A DNA stretch of 64,000 nt from Eledone cirrhosa (lineage: Eukaryota), in contig OZ024744.1 of the NCBI GenBank assembly GCA_964016885.1, positions 47,430,001-47,494,000 of the forward strand. Reading direction: 5' to 3'. How positions within the stretch are numbered: the first letter of the stretch is position 1; each line of letters starts with the position of its first letter. The notes below the pieces were generated by a model, which was not told the origin of the DNA, searched no databases, and saw only the letters and a list, made by a program, of their open reading frames with translations. Made by a program: the position numbers and the translations under genes. Positions 62,401 to 64,000 of this stretch are shown piece after piece.

Positions 62401-64000
62401 TTTCACATGTCCACTTTACAGTGTGGGTTGGGTGCTTTTGCTGTGTCTTTCACTTGTCCATTTTACAGTGTGGGCTGTGTGCTTTTTGCTGTGTCTTTCA
62501 CATGTCCACTTTACAATGTGGGCTGGGTGCTTTTTGCTGTGCCTTTCACATGTCCACTTTACAGTGTGGGCTGGGTAGTTGTTGCTGTGTATTTCTCACG
62601 TCCATTTTACAGTGTGGGCTGGGTGCTTTTTGCTGTGTCTTTCACACGTCAACTTTACAGTGTGGGCTGGGTGCTTTTTGCTATGTCTTTCACATGTCCA
62701 CTTTACAGTGTGGGCTGTGTGCTTTTTGCAGTGTCTTTCACATGTCCACTTTACAGTGTGGGCTGGGTGCTTTTTGCTGTGTCTTTAACATGACCACTTT
62801 ACAGTGTCGGCTGGGTGATTTTTGCTGTGTCTTTCACATGTCCACTTTACAGTGTGGGCTGGGTGCTTTTTACAGTGTCTTTCACACGTCCACTTTACAG
62901 TGTGGGCTGGGTGCTTTTTGCTGTGTCTTTCACATGTCCACTTTACAGTGTGGGCTGGGTGCTTTTTGCTGTGTCTTTCACATGTCCACTTTACAGTGTG
63001 GGCTGGGTGCTTTTTGCTGTGTCTTTCACATGTCCACTTTATAGTGTGGGCTGGGTGCTTTTTTCAGTGTCTTTCACACGTCCACCTTACAGTGTGGGCT
63101 GGGTGCTTTTTGCTGTGCCTTTCACATGTCCACTTTACAGTGTGGGCTGGGTAGTTGTTGCTGTGTCTTTCTCACGTCCATTTTACAGTGTGGGCTGGGT
63201 GCTTTTTGCTGTGTCTTTCACATGTCCACTTTACAGTGTGGGCTGGGTGCTTTTTGCTGTGTCTTTCACACGTCCACTTTACAGTATGGGCTGGGTGCTT
63301 TTTGCTGTGTCTTTCACATGTCCAGTTTACAGTGTGGGCTGGGTGCCTTTTGCAGTGTCTTTCACATGTCCACTTTACAGTGTGGGCTGGGTGCTTTTTG
63401 CTGTGTCTTTCACACGTCCACTTTACAGTGTGGGGTGGGTGCTTTTTGCGGTGTCTTTCACACGTCCACTTTACAGTGTGGGCTGGGTGCTTTTTGCTGT
63501 GTCTTTCACACGTCCACTTTACAGTGTGGGCTGGCTGCTTTTTGCTGTGTCTTTCACACGTCCACTTTACAGTGTGGGGTGGGTGCTTTTTGCTCTGTCT
63601 TTCACATATCCACTTTACAGTGTGGATTGGGTGCTTTTTGCAGTGTCTTTCACACGTCCACGTTACAGTGTGGGCTGGGTGCTTTTTGCCGTGTCTTTCA
63701 CATGTCCACTTTATAGTGTGGGCTGGGTGCTTTTTGCTGTGTCTTTCACACGTCCACTTTACAGTGTGGGCTGGGTGCTTTTTGCTGTGTCTTTCACACG
63801 TCCACTTTACAGTGTGGGCTGCGTGCTTTTTGCTGTGTCTTTCACATGTCCACTTTACAGTGCGGGCTGGGTGCTTTTTGCTGTGGCTTTCACATATCCA
63901 CTTTACAGTGTGGGCTGGGTGCTTTTTGCTGTGTCTTTCACACGTCCACTTTACAGTATGGGCTGGGTGCTTTTTGCTGTGTCTTTCACACGTCCACTTT
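52540..64000. repeat. 95-monomer (4554 bp) duplication followed by a partial 66-monomer (3163 bp) duplication
   Basis: ggctcggtg occurs at 52551 and 57105. ORFs match at 52724/57278 and 53970/58524/61687. The private variant ttaacatgacc ends ORFs at 55076, 59630 and 62793. 4554 = 95x48-6, which matches six 1-bp deletions visible in the first copy (~53170, 53841, 54720, 56431, 56910, 57005). Confidence 0.9.

Larger units (their letters stand above)
1..64000. repeat. 48-bp satellite tandem array, about 1,330 monomers, single orientation
   Basis: The consensus ACTTTACAGTGTGGGCTGGGTGCTTTTTGCTGTGTCTTTCACAYGTCC recurs every 48 bp from base 1 to the end. Monomers usually differ by 0-4 substitutions, with occasional 1-2 bp indels. 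All ORF translations have a 16-aa period. Consensus composition is A5 C10 G13 T20. Confidence 0.99.

Noticed and set aside
11-63716. Very long + strand ORFs (up to 2350 aa) as membrane or Cys-rich proteins
   Set aside because: All three frames are open at once because the 48-bp unit has no stop codon. ORFs switch between the three peptides at indels, stops and frameshifts are propagated by duplication, and there is no unique N- or C-terminal domain.
1-64000. CRISPR array
   Set aside because: Repeats are directly adjacent with no unique spacers, leader or cas genes.
1-64000. Immunoglobulin class-switch region (GGGCT, GAGCT and GGGGT pentamers; unit size near the 49-bp mouse S-gamma repeat)
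   Set aside because: There is only one pentamer per unit, AGCT is rare, the strand is T-rich rather than G-rich, and the array is far longer than known switch regions.
1-64000. Assignment to a named satellite such as the primate 48-bp CER/D22Z3 family
   Set aside because: The unit length matches, but I cannot establish sequence homology from memory. A Dfam/Repbase/BLAST search of the consensus is needed.
1-64000. Telomeric repeat array
   Set aside because: There are no TTAGGG or TTTAGGG-type short units, and the heterogeneous, block-duplicated 48-mers do not fit templated telomerase synthesis.

Overview
The whole 64 kb window is one uninterrupted head-to-tail tandem array (satellite DNA) of a 48-bp monomer, consensus ACTTTACAGTGTGGGCTGGGTGCTTTTTGCTGTGTCTTTCACA(T/C)GTCC. 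It holds about 1,330 copies, all in one orientation and running off both ends. I saw no unique sequence, gene, RNA gene, transposon or CRISPR spacer. The long ORFs are best read as artefacts: 48 is divisible by 3 and the + strand consensus lacks TAA/TAG/TGA. The information lies in the ordered variant monomers, which record nested, irregular multi-kb duplications (offsets 4032/3840, 2783, 1966, 3023/2591/2831/2206, 6333, 3406, 4554 and 3163 bp, each n x 48 minus shared indels), a subfamily switch near 12 kb and a dimorphic TG/CG site. The most provocative but unproven observation is a recombination-signal-like arrangement on the minus strand of each monomer (CACACTG-N24-GCAAAAAGC). The source is probably eukaryotic heterochromatin; organism and family cannot be identified from the sequence alone.
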